A stretch of DNA of 64,000 nt from an uncultured Planctomycetota bacterium (GTDB lineage: Bacteria; Planctomycetota; Planctomycetia; Gemmatales; Gemmataceae). The position numbers were made by a program, and so were the translations under genes. Below the pieces are notes generated by a model. The model was not told the origin of the DNA, did no database searches, and saw nothing but the letters and a program-made list of their open reading frames with translations. Positions 19,236 through 30,183 of this stretch are shown here, in pieces (positions within the stretch are counted from its first letter, which is position 1; each line of letters opens with the position of its first letter). The DNA lies in NCBI GenBank assembly GCA_963849325.1, contig CAWKHF010000002.1:800001-864000 (forward strand), in the 5' to 3' direction.

Positions 19236-21886
19236 CTAAGCCTGGACACTTATCGAGCCGCAGAGTCTGCCTCCTCCTCCTCCATATTTTTTCACATGTG
19301 CCATGCCTGTACCCTCAAACGTCTTCCATTCAGTACTGACAATGATCGTGTAATCCGAAAGCGCCACTAAAGTTTTGTCGTCAACCCTGTAGCCCCCGAG
19401 ACTCAAACAATCGAGTTCGAGGGTTCCCTCAACAAATTCAACACAAGAATCCCCGACTCTGTTTGCCCAGGGTAACGCTGGTGGACATTCCACCAACCGC
19501 CAACGAATTCGTCCTCGCGCACGTTTTCCTTCGACCTCCAGGGCCGACTGTAGCTCCCAGAGGTCTCCTTTGTCTCCATACCATCGGCCTGTCAATTCGA
19601 TTTTTCGGGCTGGACAGCTTGAGGACGGGGGCACGACCGGAAGATGCGGGGGAGGAGGGGGCGGCGGCAGCGGCGGTTGCTTGAGGCCAAGTCCGGGGAT
19701 GGAGCCAGCCTGCATCCACGAGCCGAGATGAGTTGTCCAAACCATGTCGGCGTATCCAATCTTACCCGTTTGGGCACAGTTCACCAACTCCGCGAATGAG
19801 ACGGGGCCGGTCTGCTTCCCATCCCGGCTATAGTACCACGGCTCCGTCGGTGGCGGCGGGGGTAGCGGTGGAGATACGCGCAGTCTCTCCAACACTTCCG
19901 CGAAGTTCTGCGGTCGGTTCTTTGGATCTTCGTCCAGGCACTTCTCCAGCAGTTCCGCCAGCCCTTGTGGGATGCTCTGCCAGTGTTTCAAGAGCGGTTG
20001 CGTCGTCTGAAACAGGGCGAAGCAACACGTCTTGGCCCAGCCGTATAGGTCGGAGTATGGGCCGACCGGATCGTTTCGCTTCCCCATCTGTTCCGGCGCG
20101 GCGTAGTCGAGTGTACCAAGCACGCTCTCTCCGATGAGCGTCTTCGTCCCTCGGAACATGCTGGCGTTCATGCTTGTCTGCACTACCTTCTGCCGCAGCG
20201 CCAGCCCGAAGTCGATCACCTTGGCTTGCCAATTCGCCCCGTCCTTGCGGACGAGCAAGTTCGCTGGCTTGACATCGCGGTGCAGGATGCCCTTGCCGTG
20301 AGCCGCTTGCAGCCCTTCAGCGACCGGACGCGCCACCGCCAGCACATCGTCCACCGACAGCGCGCCGTGCTTCTTGACGTGTTCCTCCAGCGTGCCGCCC
20401 TCGAAATAGTCCATGACGAGGAACGGACGCGACTTGCTGATCGCGTCCACATAGCCACAATCGGAGATGCGGATGATGGCCGGGTGATCCAGTTGCCGCA
20501 GCAACTGCGCCTCGGAGAACACCTTGTCGGCGTCGCGGCCGAGGTCGTCCAGCATCAGCGTCTTGACGACCACCTGCGCTTCCATGTACTTGTGCTTGCA
20601 CAAAAAGGCGACGCCGAAGCCGCCCGCGCCGAGGATGCGCTGCGGCTGATACTTGCCGACCGGAAATGGAGCGAACCGCTTGGCATCGAGCTTGACGGCT
20701 TTCACGAGTTCCTGAATGGCGGCCGGCCAGTCGCGCCGCTCCAGGCACGCTTGATAGGCGTTGCAATACGCCTCGGCCTGCGCCTTGTTGTCTTCGACCA
20801 GCGTGGCCACGGCGTCGAAGTCCTTGCGGGCGGCGTCGAAGTCGCCGGCCGCGACCTCCAGCTTACCGATGCCGTTGAGCAGGGCGGGCATCTGCCGCCG
20901 CTCCGCGTCGGGCAAAGCACGATAGCGAGCCACCAGTTGCTTGACCAGTTGCCGCTCGTTGTCGTTGCGGATCGACAGACTGTCGCCGGGACGCACTTCA
21001 CGGCGATGCAGCTGGTGCTGCTCCAACAGTTTCTGCACCGCCTGCCCGATCTGTTGGATGTGCCCGCTCTGCCCTTCGATTTGCCTCCGCAAGTCGAGGA
21101 CGGCACTGTGCGTCTCCTCGACGACGGCCCGCACATCGGCCAGCAGTTCTTCCAGGCGTTGCCCTTGCTGCGTCATCGCGGCGGCAAGGGCGGAGAACCC
21201 TTTCTCCTGGGCCTCGCCCAGCCGCTCCAGCTGGGAGAAGGCTAGTCCCTGGAAGAGCTTCGGATCTTCCTCGATCGCTCGACGAAAAAAATACGCGCCC
21301 CGGCCACGAGAACACAATCGCCCTGTCGCGGACGCTGCGACAACAGCCAGGCGAGCCGGGCATAGCCCGCTTCTTTCAGTTCGAGGGCCATGCCATCGAT
21401 AACGCGCCATTCGCCATTCAGAAGACTTTGCGGATCGCTGAAGCGGCCAAAGGCGCCGGTCTGCTCCGCCAACTGCCGAGGCTGGAGAGCGCCGCCCGTC
21501 AGCAGTTTCGCCTTACGCGCCGCGCGCAGCTCCTCCAGGCACTTCTGCCGAAACTCCGGCTCGCCGGATGGTTCGGGCAACGGGTTCGCATCGAGGAAAG
21601 CGCGCACTTGCCGGGCAAACGCCTGGTCTTCCGCCCGCGCCGTCGCTACCTTGCAGCGTTCCCACAGCGACTCGCCGGCAAGGGATAACTCCAGCGCTCG
21701 CCAGGCGCGCTCGTTGGCGACCTGGAGCGCCGCCGTGAGGTGCTGGCTGTGATCGGTGAAACGCTCGTTGAGAATGGCGACGACCGCGAAGGCGGTATCC
21801 TTGGCCTCCTTGACGCCGACCGCCGTGCAAGCTCCGTCAATCGCTTTCCGCAGGGCCAGGCTGGCCAGGCTCAGAGCAAGATTCAG
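19236..21886 (-). CDS. Ser/Thr protein kinase with N-terminal helical/TPR region, GYF_2 (DUF4339) domain and divergent C-terminal domain; frameshift near 21295
   Basis: LGAGGFG, VVVK, HRDVKPAN, DFGL, GTLDYAAPEQ, WYYSRDGKQTGPVS...VW...W. The upstream frame is open to a CTG at 21886 behind GGAG. Confidence 0.85.
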
Positions 21887-22021
21887 GGCGACTCTCCCAG
21901 AGGAGTCCGGCTTCAGGGATGCGAGGATGCGCCGAGATGAGACGAGTATAACTCGACCGGTGTCGATTACCAGACGCGGCGGCGTTTTCTTCGCGGCTGG
22001 TTACGTGCGCCGGCCGTATCC

Positions 22022-24359
22022 TCACGGCTTAGGAGCCGCCTCGCCCTCGACCACGTCGGCGGCGTGGGCGTGCTGGATGGCCTCGTCCGTGCTGGTGGGA
22101 TCGACGGCGCGACAGCTTGCTGTCAGTTGTTCGGCCAGGTCGCGCAGGTCCGCCTGCCACTCGGCCGGCGTCGTCTCCGGCGGACATACCTGGGCGAACT
22201 CGCCGCACAGCAGGATCAGCCGCAGCAGATGGCGAAAGATGATGCCCTCCTGTTTGATGAGATCGCGCGTTTGCACGTACAGGTCGAAATTGCCGTTGAA
22301 GCGCAGCAGTTCGCCGGCCGCCCACACCGCCTGCGTCGAGACGTCGAAGACGCCCGGATGCGTGGCGTCGAACAGCAGCCGCAGCTTCTCGGCCAGGGTC
22401 GGCGGCCGTTCCTCTTCTTCCTCGTCGTCCTCTTCCTCGTCGTCCTCCGTTTTCGGCACGGGGGCCAGGATGAGCCCGCGGCGGATCAATTCGGGATCGA
22501 GGCGGTTCATGGCCAGGGGACCGGGTGACAGCTGGTCCGGCGCGGCACGCGGACGTAACGCAGCAGAGGGCGCGGCACCTCCAGCACGCTCTCCATCGCT
22601 TGCAGACGCTCGTTGCGGTCGGCGATGCCGAGTTGCTCGATCAGGAAGGCGCCGTACAGCGGATGCACGCTGCGGAAGACCAGCAGCGTGTCCAGCGCCG
22701 GCGTCGGCACGGCACGGACCACCTGGTATCCCTCGGGCACCTCACGGCGAGCGGAGTGCTCGCCGGCCGCTCCGCCCTCTCCGGTTGCGGCGGAGGGAGC
22801 GGCGGGTCGAGCGTGACGAAGCCGCGTTCGGCCAGCGTCAACACCATGCGATCCAGCGTCTTCTCGCTGGCCTTGATGCGTGCCTCATCCATTAGCCGCT
22901 TGCGGATGACGGTACGGACCCGCGCCACCTCCGGCGACAGTTTCAGGAGATAGGCGAGCAAACGCCACGGCAGCGGTCCCTTGCTGTACAGCTTGCCGGG
23001 CGGAGCGACCTGCAACTGTTGAAACTGGGCCTCGCTCCAGTACACCGCGTTGTCGCGTCGAGTCGGTTTCTTCTTTTTCAGAGCTTTTTTCGCTTTGAGC
23101 AGGCCGGGATCGCGCGTGTCCTCCGGGATGGCGTCGTACTTCTCGCGCCAGCGGAGGATGCGCACGTCGTCCTCATGCGCCAGGGCGAAGACGAAACCGC
23201 GATCGTCGAACTGCGGCCGGCCGGCGCGGCCGAAGATCTGGTGCGCCGTGCTGGCATCGACCAGCTTTTCCTTGCCGTGCGGCCCCTTGACCAGCGTGGT
23301 CAGCACGACCGAGCGAGCCGGCAGGTTGATCCCCGCCGCCAGCGTCTCGGTGCAGACGGCCACGGCCAGCAGCTTCTTCTCGAATAAGTCCTCGACGACG
23401 CGGCGATACTTGGGCAGCAGGCCGGCGTGATGGACGCCGACAGCGCGGCGAAGCATCTGCTTGAGCTTGGGACCGACGCCCTTGGTCCAGTCGAGCTTGT
23501 CCACCACGTCGTTGAGCGGGCCGCGCGTGCCGGGAGCGAACAGGTCCAGACCCTTGAGCATCTCCGCCACGCTCCAGCATTCATCGCGGTTGAAGCAGAA
23601 TACCAGCGCCGGCGTCGTGCGGTTCTCGCCCTGTCCCTTGGCCATGTGGACCAACTGGTCGCCGAGGAACTCGTCGGGTATCCAGCGGAAGGTGAGGGGC
23701 ACCTTGCGTTCCTTGCCCTCAACCAATTCCAGCTTGCGATGATGACAACGCTGGAGCCAGGTCAGAAATTCGGCGGCATTGCCGACCGTCGCCGACAAGA
23801 GCAGCAGACGGATATGGGCCGGCAACAGGGCCAGGGCCAGCTCCCAGACGATGCCGCGCTGCGGATCGGCGAAGTTGTGAAACTCGTCCATGACCACGGC
23901 GGAAACGCGCGTGAAGTCGAACGTTTCGGGACCGAGCGGTACGTCGTCGGGCAGGTCCGGCTCCCGATGGGCGTGCAGGAGGCGGTTGAGCAGGATCTCG
24001 GCGACGACGACGAGGATGCGAGCGTTGGGGTTGACGCGGCGATTGCCGGTGACGAGTCCGACGTCGTCCGCCTGGAAGCCCCAGCGCACGGCCGACGCCT
24101 GCATTTCCTGGAACTTCTGCTCGGTCAGGGCGATGAGCGGCGTCGTGTAATAGGCGACGGTGCCGGTGTGCAGCGCCTCGAACAGCGCCGCCTGGGCGAT
24201 GAGCGTCTTGCCGGTGCCGGTCGGAGCGCAGACGAGCACGCCCTGCTCGGCGGTGAACCAGGCCAGCAACGCCTCTTCCTGCACGGGATACGGCGTGTAC
24301 GGCAGCTGAGCGAGGTAACGCTCGGCTAGTTCGTCGCGCGTCGGTACGTCGGCGGACAT
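22022..24359 (-). CDS. Ski2/HelY-like DEAD/DEAH-box helicase, frameshifts near 22745 and 22545
   Basis: [45 protein letters not shown]-terminal [12 protein letters not shown]. Confidence 0.9.
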
Positions 24360-24492
24360 TCGGAATATATGCCTTAAAGAATAAAGTTTATCTCAAACGA
24401 CCTTTTCCGCGCCAACGGCGAATGGCGGCGGCAGGTCTCCGAGGTTATACTAGGAATCGTTGCCCCCTCCAAACATTGAGGGAGATGAAGCC

Positions 24493-24753
24493 ATGACCAC
24501 GACCGCGAGTTGGGTTTCCAAAAAGCCGGATCGCTGTGGCGGAGACGCTTGTGTCCGCGACATCCGTATCCCCGTCTGGGGTTTGGTGAGATACCGCCAG
24601 TTGGGAGCGACGGACGAAGTCATCCTCCGCGCTTACCCCAGCCTGACGTCTGCGGATCTGGAAGTTGCTTTTGCCTACGCTGCCGCTCACCCGGAGGAGA
24701 TCGAGGCCGCCATCCGCGAGAACGAGGAGGGCGAGGAAGGACTGGTGGAGTGA
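24493..24753 (+). CDS. DUF433 antitoxin
   Basis: PDRCGGDACVRDIRIPV...YPSLT. Confidence 0.85.
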   Translation: MTTTASWVSKKPDRCGGDACVRDIRIPVWGLVRYRQLGATDEVILRAYPSLTSADLEVAFAYAAAHPEEIEAAIRENEEGEEGLVE

Positions 24754-24759
24754 AAGCGG

Positions 24760-25092
24760 ATGCAGCTTTACGCGGACGAAGATTTCCCTCTCCCTGCTGT
24801 CGAAATACTTCGCCAATTGGGGCATGACGTGTTGACAGCCCAAGAAGACGGTCGGATGGCGGCTCCCGACCCCGACCTCTTGGCCCGCGCCCACGCTCTG
24901 GGCCGCACCGTGCTGACCCACAATCGCCGGCACTTCGAGCGTTTGCACAGACAGGGACTGGCGCATAGCGGCATTGTATCGGCCAGACAAGACGCCGATT
25001 TTCCCACCTTGGCTGCTCGCATCCACGCCGCCCTGGCGGGCGGCTCACCCGGCCGCTGGTGCATTCGGGTCAACCGGCCACCCGCACCTTGA
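24760..25092 (+). CDS. DUF5615 PIN-like toxin
   Basis: LYADEDF, LGHDV, RTVLTHNRRHF, HSGI. Confidence 0.85.
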   Translation: MQLYADEDFPLPAVEILRQLGHDVLTAQEDGRMAAPDPDLLARAHALGRTVLTHNRRHFERLHRQGLAHSGIVSARQDADFPTLAARIHAALAGGSPGRWCIRVNRPPAP

Positions 25093-25117
25093 TCCTTTGA
25101 TCGCCGTAAAAAAAGTC

Positions 25118-25164
25118 TTGCACTCCGTCTCCGGCTGCGCTAGTGTACTATATGCGTGTGACAC
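25118..25164 (+). promoter_or_regulatory. sigma70-like promoter with overlapping candidate GntR/YtrA operator
   Basis: TTGCAC(25118)-N17-TAGTGT(25141); imperfect palindrome GTGTACTA-TATGCG-TGTGACAC just before the AGGAGG RBS of the gntR gene. Confidence 0.45.
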
Positions 25165-25184
25165 GCAGGAGGACGGACGACCTC

Positions 25185-25559
25185 ATGTGGTTCGACATCC
25201 ACCCGGATTCGGCGATTCCCATCTTCGAGCAGATCGTCGCCCAGGTCATCTTCCACGTCGCCTCGGGCGGTCTGGAGGTGGGCGAGCTGATCCCGAGTGT
25301 GCGCGACCTGGGTATGCGGCTAACCGTTCATCCGAACACGGTGGCGAAGGCCTTCCAGGAGCTGGAACGTCTGGGCGTGGTGACGGCGCGGCGCGGCCGG
25401 GGCATGGAGGTGACGCCGGACGCGCCGAAGATTTGCCAGGCCCGGCGGCGCGACATCGTCGGCAAGCGCATCCGCGAGGCGCTGCGCGAGGCGGTCTCCA
25501 GCGGTCTGACCGGCGCGGAAATCCGTCAGATTGTCGAGTCCGTGGTCCGCATTTCGTAA
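25185..25559 (+). CDS. GntR family (YtrA subfamily) regulator
   Basis: PIFEQI...GELIPSVRDLG..VHPNTVAKAFQELE..RRGRG; precedes an ABC transporter. Confidence 0.9.
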   Translation: MWFDIHPDSAIPIFEQIVAQVIFHVASGGLEVGELIPSVRDLGMRLTVHPNTVAKAFQELERLGVVTARRGRGMEVTPDAPKICQARRRDIVGKRIREALREAVSSGLTGAEIRQIVESVVRIS

Positions 25560-25580
25560 GAACGGAGGAGAACAAACGCG

Positions 25581-26601
25581 ATGGACACCATCATCGCCAC
25601 GCAGGGGCTGACCAAGCGCTTCGGCGGCAAGACCGTCGTGAACCATCTCGACTTGTCCGTGCCGCGCGGGGCCATCTTCGCCCTGTTGGGTGGCAATGGG
25701 GCCGGCAAGTCCACGACCATCCGCATGTTGACGGGCCTGTTGCCGCCGGACGACGGCTCGGCCGAGGTGCTCGGCGAAGACTGCTGGTCGGCGGCCATCG
25801 AGCTGCGCCATCGCATTGGCTACGTTCCGGAACGGCCGCGCTTCTACGACTGGATGACCGTCGAGCAAATCGGCTGGTTCACGGCCGGCTTCCATCGGCC
25901 CGGGTTCCTGCCGCGCTACGTCGAGCTGATACAGCGCTTCCGCCTCGGCTCGTCGGCCCGGCTGAAAACGCTTTCCAAGGGCGGCTACGCCAAGGTCGGC
26001 TTGGCGCTGGCGTTGGCCTCGGACCCGGAAGTACTCATCCTCGACGAGCCGACTTCTGGTCTCGATCTGTTCATCCGCCGCGAGTTCCTCGCCAGCATGG
26101 TCGAGCTGGCGGGAGCGGGACGGACGATCCTGCTGTCCAGCCACGGCATCGCCGAAGTGGAGCGCGTGGCCAGCCACGCTGGCTTCATGGCCGAGGGCCG
26201 GCTGCTCCTGGCGGCGTCGATTGAGGAGCTGCGCAAGCGCATCGTCGCGCGTTCGGCTGCGTCTGGATGGACCTCCGCCCGAAGGCTCGACGCTGGGCAC
26301 CGTGCTGGAGCACGAGGGGTCCGGGCGGTTGTGGCAGGCGGTGCTGCAAGACCCCAATCGCAACGCCCTGGAAGAACTGCGGAGGCAGGAGGGCATCCTC
26401 GATGTGGAGGAGATGCCGTTGAGCCTCGAAGAGATGTATACCGCTCTGCTAAGTCGCTTTCATCGGCCCGGCGAGGCGCGCGAGACGAGCAACGGCCGAC
26501 CCGCGCCGCCGTTGCCGCCGTCGAGCAAGGTGATGGCTCCTTCCGGCGTGGAATGGCTGCGCGGCCGGGCGGTTCGGGACGAGGAAGGAGAAAAGCCATG
26601 A
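25581..26601 (+). CDS. ABC transporter ATP-binding protein, frameshift near 26250
   Basis: GGNGAGKST, LSKG, LDEPTSGLD, SSH; C-terminal PLSLEEMY in ORF 26221..26601. Confidence 0.9.
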
Positions 26602-29600
26602 TCCCAGCAATGGTGTGGAAGGAGTACCGCGAACATCGGGCCGTGTGGCTGGCGTTGGCGGTGGTCAGCGGCGGCGGCACTGTACGGCCTGTCGCGCTGG
26701 CTGAGCGTCGATAACACGATGCCCCACACTTCGCGGCGCGAGGTATTGCAAGGCGTGGCGACGCTGCTGGCCTGGGCGTATGGCATCGTGTGCGGCGCGA
26801 TGCTGTTGGCGGGCGAACGGGAGGAGTCGACCCTCACCTTCCTCGACATGCTGCCCGTTCGCCGCCTGCAACTGTGGGGCCTGAAGGCCGGCATCGGCCT
26901 GGTTCTTGTCGTGGGGCAGGCGGTCGTGCTGATCGGCTTCCTGGCCGGACTGGACATCACCGAGTCCAACGTGGACCGGCGAACGTTCTTCATCGTGCTG
27001 CCGATGTTGTTTGCCGGCTTGCTCGGCCTGTCGTGGGGCCTGCTGTTTTCGTCGCGCGGCGAAAACGTTCTCAACGTCATCGGCCAGGCCATTGGCGCAC
27101 CAGATCGTTTGCGGCTGCTTGACGGGCTTCCTGTCCGTGCCGGTTGCGGCCGTACTGGAGTTGTTCGATTCGGAGAGCCGCGGCGTTCATCTGCCGGTGA
27201 TCCTCGGTGTCCTGACCGTGATCGGCGTGACCGTGGGACCGATCATTGGCTCGGCGCGCATCTTCAGCCGGCCGGATCGACTGCGCGGGTACGACACGCT
27301 GCCCGTTATCCGTCGTCCGCCGGAGACCAGGGCTTGGGTGAGCTGGCTCCGACTTTTGTGGCTGAGCTACACCCAAATGCGCTCGCTCCTGTTGGGCCTA
27401 TCGATCTTCGCCTTGGCGTTGGGCTTTGTCCTGCCCCTGATGGGGCCGGTGGGATGGCCCTTCCTGACGCTGTTTATCGGCGGCCTGTGCGGCGTCACCG
27501 TCTGCGCCGACGAACAGATTCACGGCTCGTTCCGTTTTCTCGGCGATCAGCGCTTCCCCCTGGGCCGCATCTGGATCGTCAAGGTCGGCATGCGCTTCGC
27601 CCTAACCGTGCTCGCCTCGTTCCTGCTTCTGCTGCCGAGCCTGATCCTGGCCATCTTCCGTCAGGAGGAATTGCACGCGACGGCCCAGTCGCGGCCGCCG
27701 TTTTTCGCCGACGCCCTGCATTCGAGCCTGGTCGGCACGGTGGTCCCTGTCGGCCTGCATTTGACGATGTGGCTGCTGTACGGCTTCGCGGTGGGACATC
27801 TGTGTGGCCTGCTGTTCCGCAAAAGTCTGGTGGCGGCGGTGGTGACGCTGGGCACGGCGGCGATGCTGGCCAGCCTGTGGCTGCCGTCGCTGGCCGGCAT
27901 CGGCCTGCACTTCTGGCAGGTCGCCGGCGTGCCGTTGATTGGCCTGGTGACGGCCTGGCTGCTCATGCCGGCCTGGGCGGCGGGCCGGCTGCTGGCCCGA
28001 GGGACGTTCGTGGGACTGGGAGCGGCGTTCGCGGCGGCGACGCTGTGGACGGTAGGCGGAATCTGGTATCGCGTCGTCGAGGTGCCGGACGTGCCCGACC
28101 AATTCGACATGCCGGCGTTCGTGGCCGGCTTGCCGACGCTGGAGGAGAACGAGGCCGGCATGAAGATTCGCGGCGCCTGGAAAGAGGTGGGGTTAGCGGT
28201 CGGCCAGGTCATCTCGGCTCGCGCTCAAAAGCCGTTGTTCCCCAACGCCCCGCCCAAGCCGTTGTTCCCCAACGGCGGCCCGCCCAATGAAGATCCCCTT
28301 TCTTTCCAGACGCAGTTGAACGAGATCCTCCAGCATGGCTGGCCCGGCGGCCAAGTGGAGTTGGGCGACGCCCTGGACGGAGCGTTCGCAGGCAACTGGT
28401 ATGGGCAGCTCGCCGACGCCGCTCGGCAACCGCTCGGCGTGGTCGAAGATCCCCGGCGGCATATGATCGGCACTCGTCTGAGCGCGGAATGGGGCTACGC
28501 GGGTCCGCTCAGCGAGATGCTGGCCGTCCGCGCTCTGCAACGGCAAGCCGGCGGCGACCACCGCGCCTTCGTGGACAACCTGCGCATCGCCCTGGCCCTG
28601 TCGCGCAACTTGCGGAATCACTCCTCCACTCTCGTCGCCCGTTATGGACGAGCGGTCGAGAAGTCCTGGATACCCGCGCTGGACCGCTGGCTGGAGAAAC
28701 TGCCGGGTCATCCCGAACTCCTCAAGGAAGTGCTGGCGCTGCTGGCCCAGCACGAGGCCGAGGCGCCGGACCCGAACGACGCGGTCAAGGCGGCGTACCT
28801 GGAAGCCCAAAACACGCTGGACGTACCCGGTGAGCTGCTCAAGCTGGAGATTGGCCCAACCAGGGGAGAAGATGCCGAGCGCGTTCAGGCGGAGCTGAAC
28901 GTGGCGTCCATCCTGTGGATGTTTCCCTGGGAGCGCGAGCGGCATCGGCGCATCCTGCGCGTCGGCTTCGAGGGCGGCCAAAGCGAACGGATTGAGGCGG
29001 TGAAGTGGGGTGGGATCATCATGCGCGATCTCGTAGGGAATAGGGATCGCCTCGTTCTGCATTCCCCGCGCAACGTCGCCGCCTGGCACGCGGGCCGGCT
29101 CAAGGGCGCCCTGCGTCTGTACCAGGCGGACACCGGCAAACCCGCGGCCACGCTCGGCGTGCTGGTGCCGCGCTATCTGCCGGCCATTCCGGCCGATCCC
29201 TTCGACGGCAAACCATTTCACTATCGTCTGTCTCGGGGAGAGCGCGTCGGCTGGGTGGACGAGCAGCAAGCCGTCCCTCCGGGTGGGAACCCAGGCCCCG
29301 CCGCTGCGGCAGCACCCGGTATGCAGCCACCGGGGCCAATGCCTGGCGGCGCGCCCATGCCCCCTGGCGGGATGATGGGCGGCCAACCTGTACCGCCGGG
29401 AGGAATGCAGGGCGGCCCAGCCATACCAGGAATGCCCGGCGCGATGCCTGGGCCTGGCATGCAAGGCATACCGCCACCGATGCGCCTTATCCCCAAAGGC
29501 CAGGGCATTCTCTGGTCGAGCGGCGAGGATCGCCACGATGACGGCGGCTTGCGGCAGGGGGGCGACCGGCAGTCCGGCACGGTGTTCGGCGAGGACATCC

Positions 29601-29629
29601 TTTACCTGGTCCCCTTGCCCCCTCCATGA
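26598..29629 (+). CDS. large ABC-2-type permease with a soluble C-terminal domain and Pro/Gly/Met-rich insert; frameshifts near 26680 and 27098
   Basis: MIPAMVWKEYRE, AGEREESTLTFLDMLP, second repeat ADEQIHGSFRFL, many TM helices. Confidence 0.8.
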
Positions 29630-29722
29630 CACTGTTTGCTGACCTGGGAGGCCGCCGCGAGGGGTGGTACAATAAAGTATGGAGTAATGAGATGTCTAGA
29701 GACCACTGCTGAGATCGAGTCC

Positions 29723-30088
29723 ATGCGACCGCTTTCCTCCTTACCGAAACGCCTGCTCGCCGCCGCCGAGGTGTTCGCTTCGCTGCCGGGTCCGACCCGC
29801 AAGCGCGCTCTCAGTCCGTATTGCTACCGGCTGACCTATCGTAATCCCGATCCCGGCGGACGTGGCTGCGTCCTGCTCTGGGACGTTTATGGCGGACGCG
29901 ACACGTATCAGATTGCCCTGGAACGTGAGCCGGCCGGCGGCTTGCGCTGGCATTGCACCTGCGCCGATGCCGTCTATCGCGGCGAGGACGCGCCGCACGT
30001 CTGCAAACACGTGCGCGGATTGCAAGCGCTCGGCCGTCAACCGCTCGCGCCGACGCCTCCCTCCGAAGCGTGTCCCGGCGCCGCCTGA
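29723..30088 (+). CDS. small SWIM zinc-finger protein
   Basis: WHCTCADAVYRGEDAPHVCKHV fits CxC...CxH; start uncertain (ORF 29636..30088). Confidence 0.75.
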   Translation: MRPLSSLPKRLLAAAEVFASLPGPTRKRALSPYCYRLTYRNPDPGGRGCVLLWDVYGGRDTYQIALEREPAGGLRWHCTCADAVYRGEDAPHVCKHVRGLQALGRQPLAPTPPSEACPGAA

Positions 30089-30183
30089 ACGCGAATCCTC
30101 CTTGACTTCCGGCCGGGATCGCGTTTCATGGAGGAACCGGGCGTGCGGTCGAATGCCGCAGACCGGCTCCGGAGAGCGCGTCC

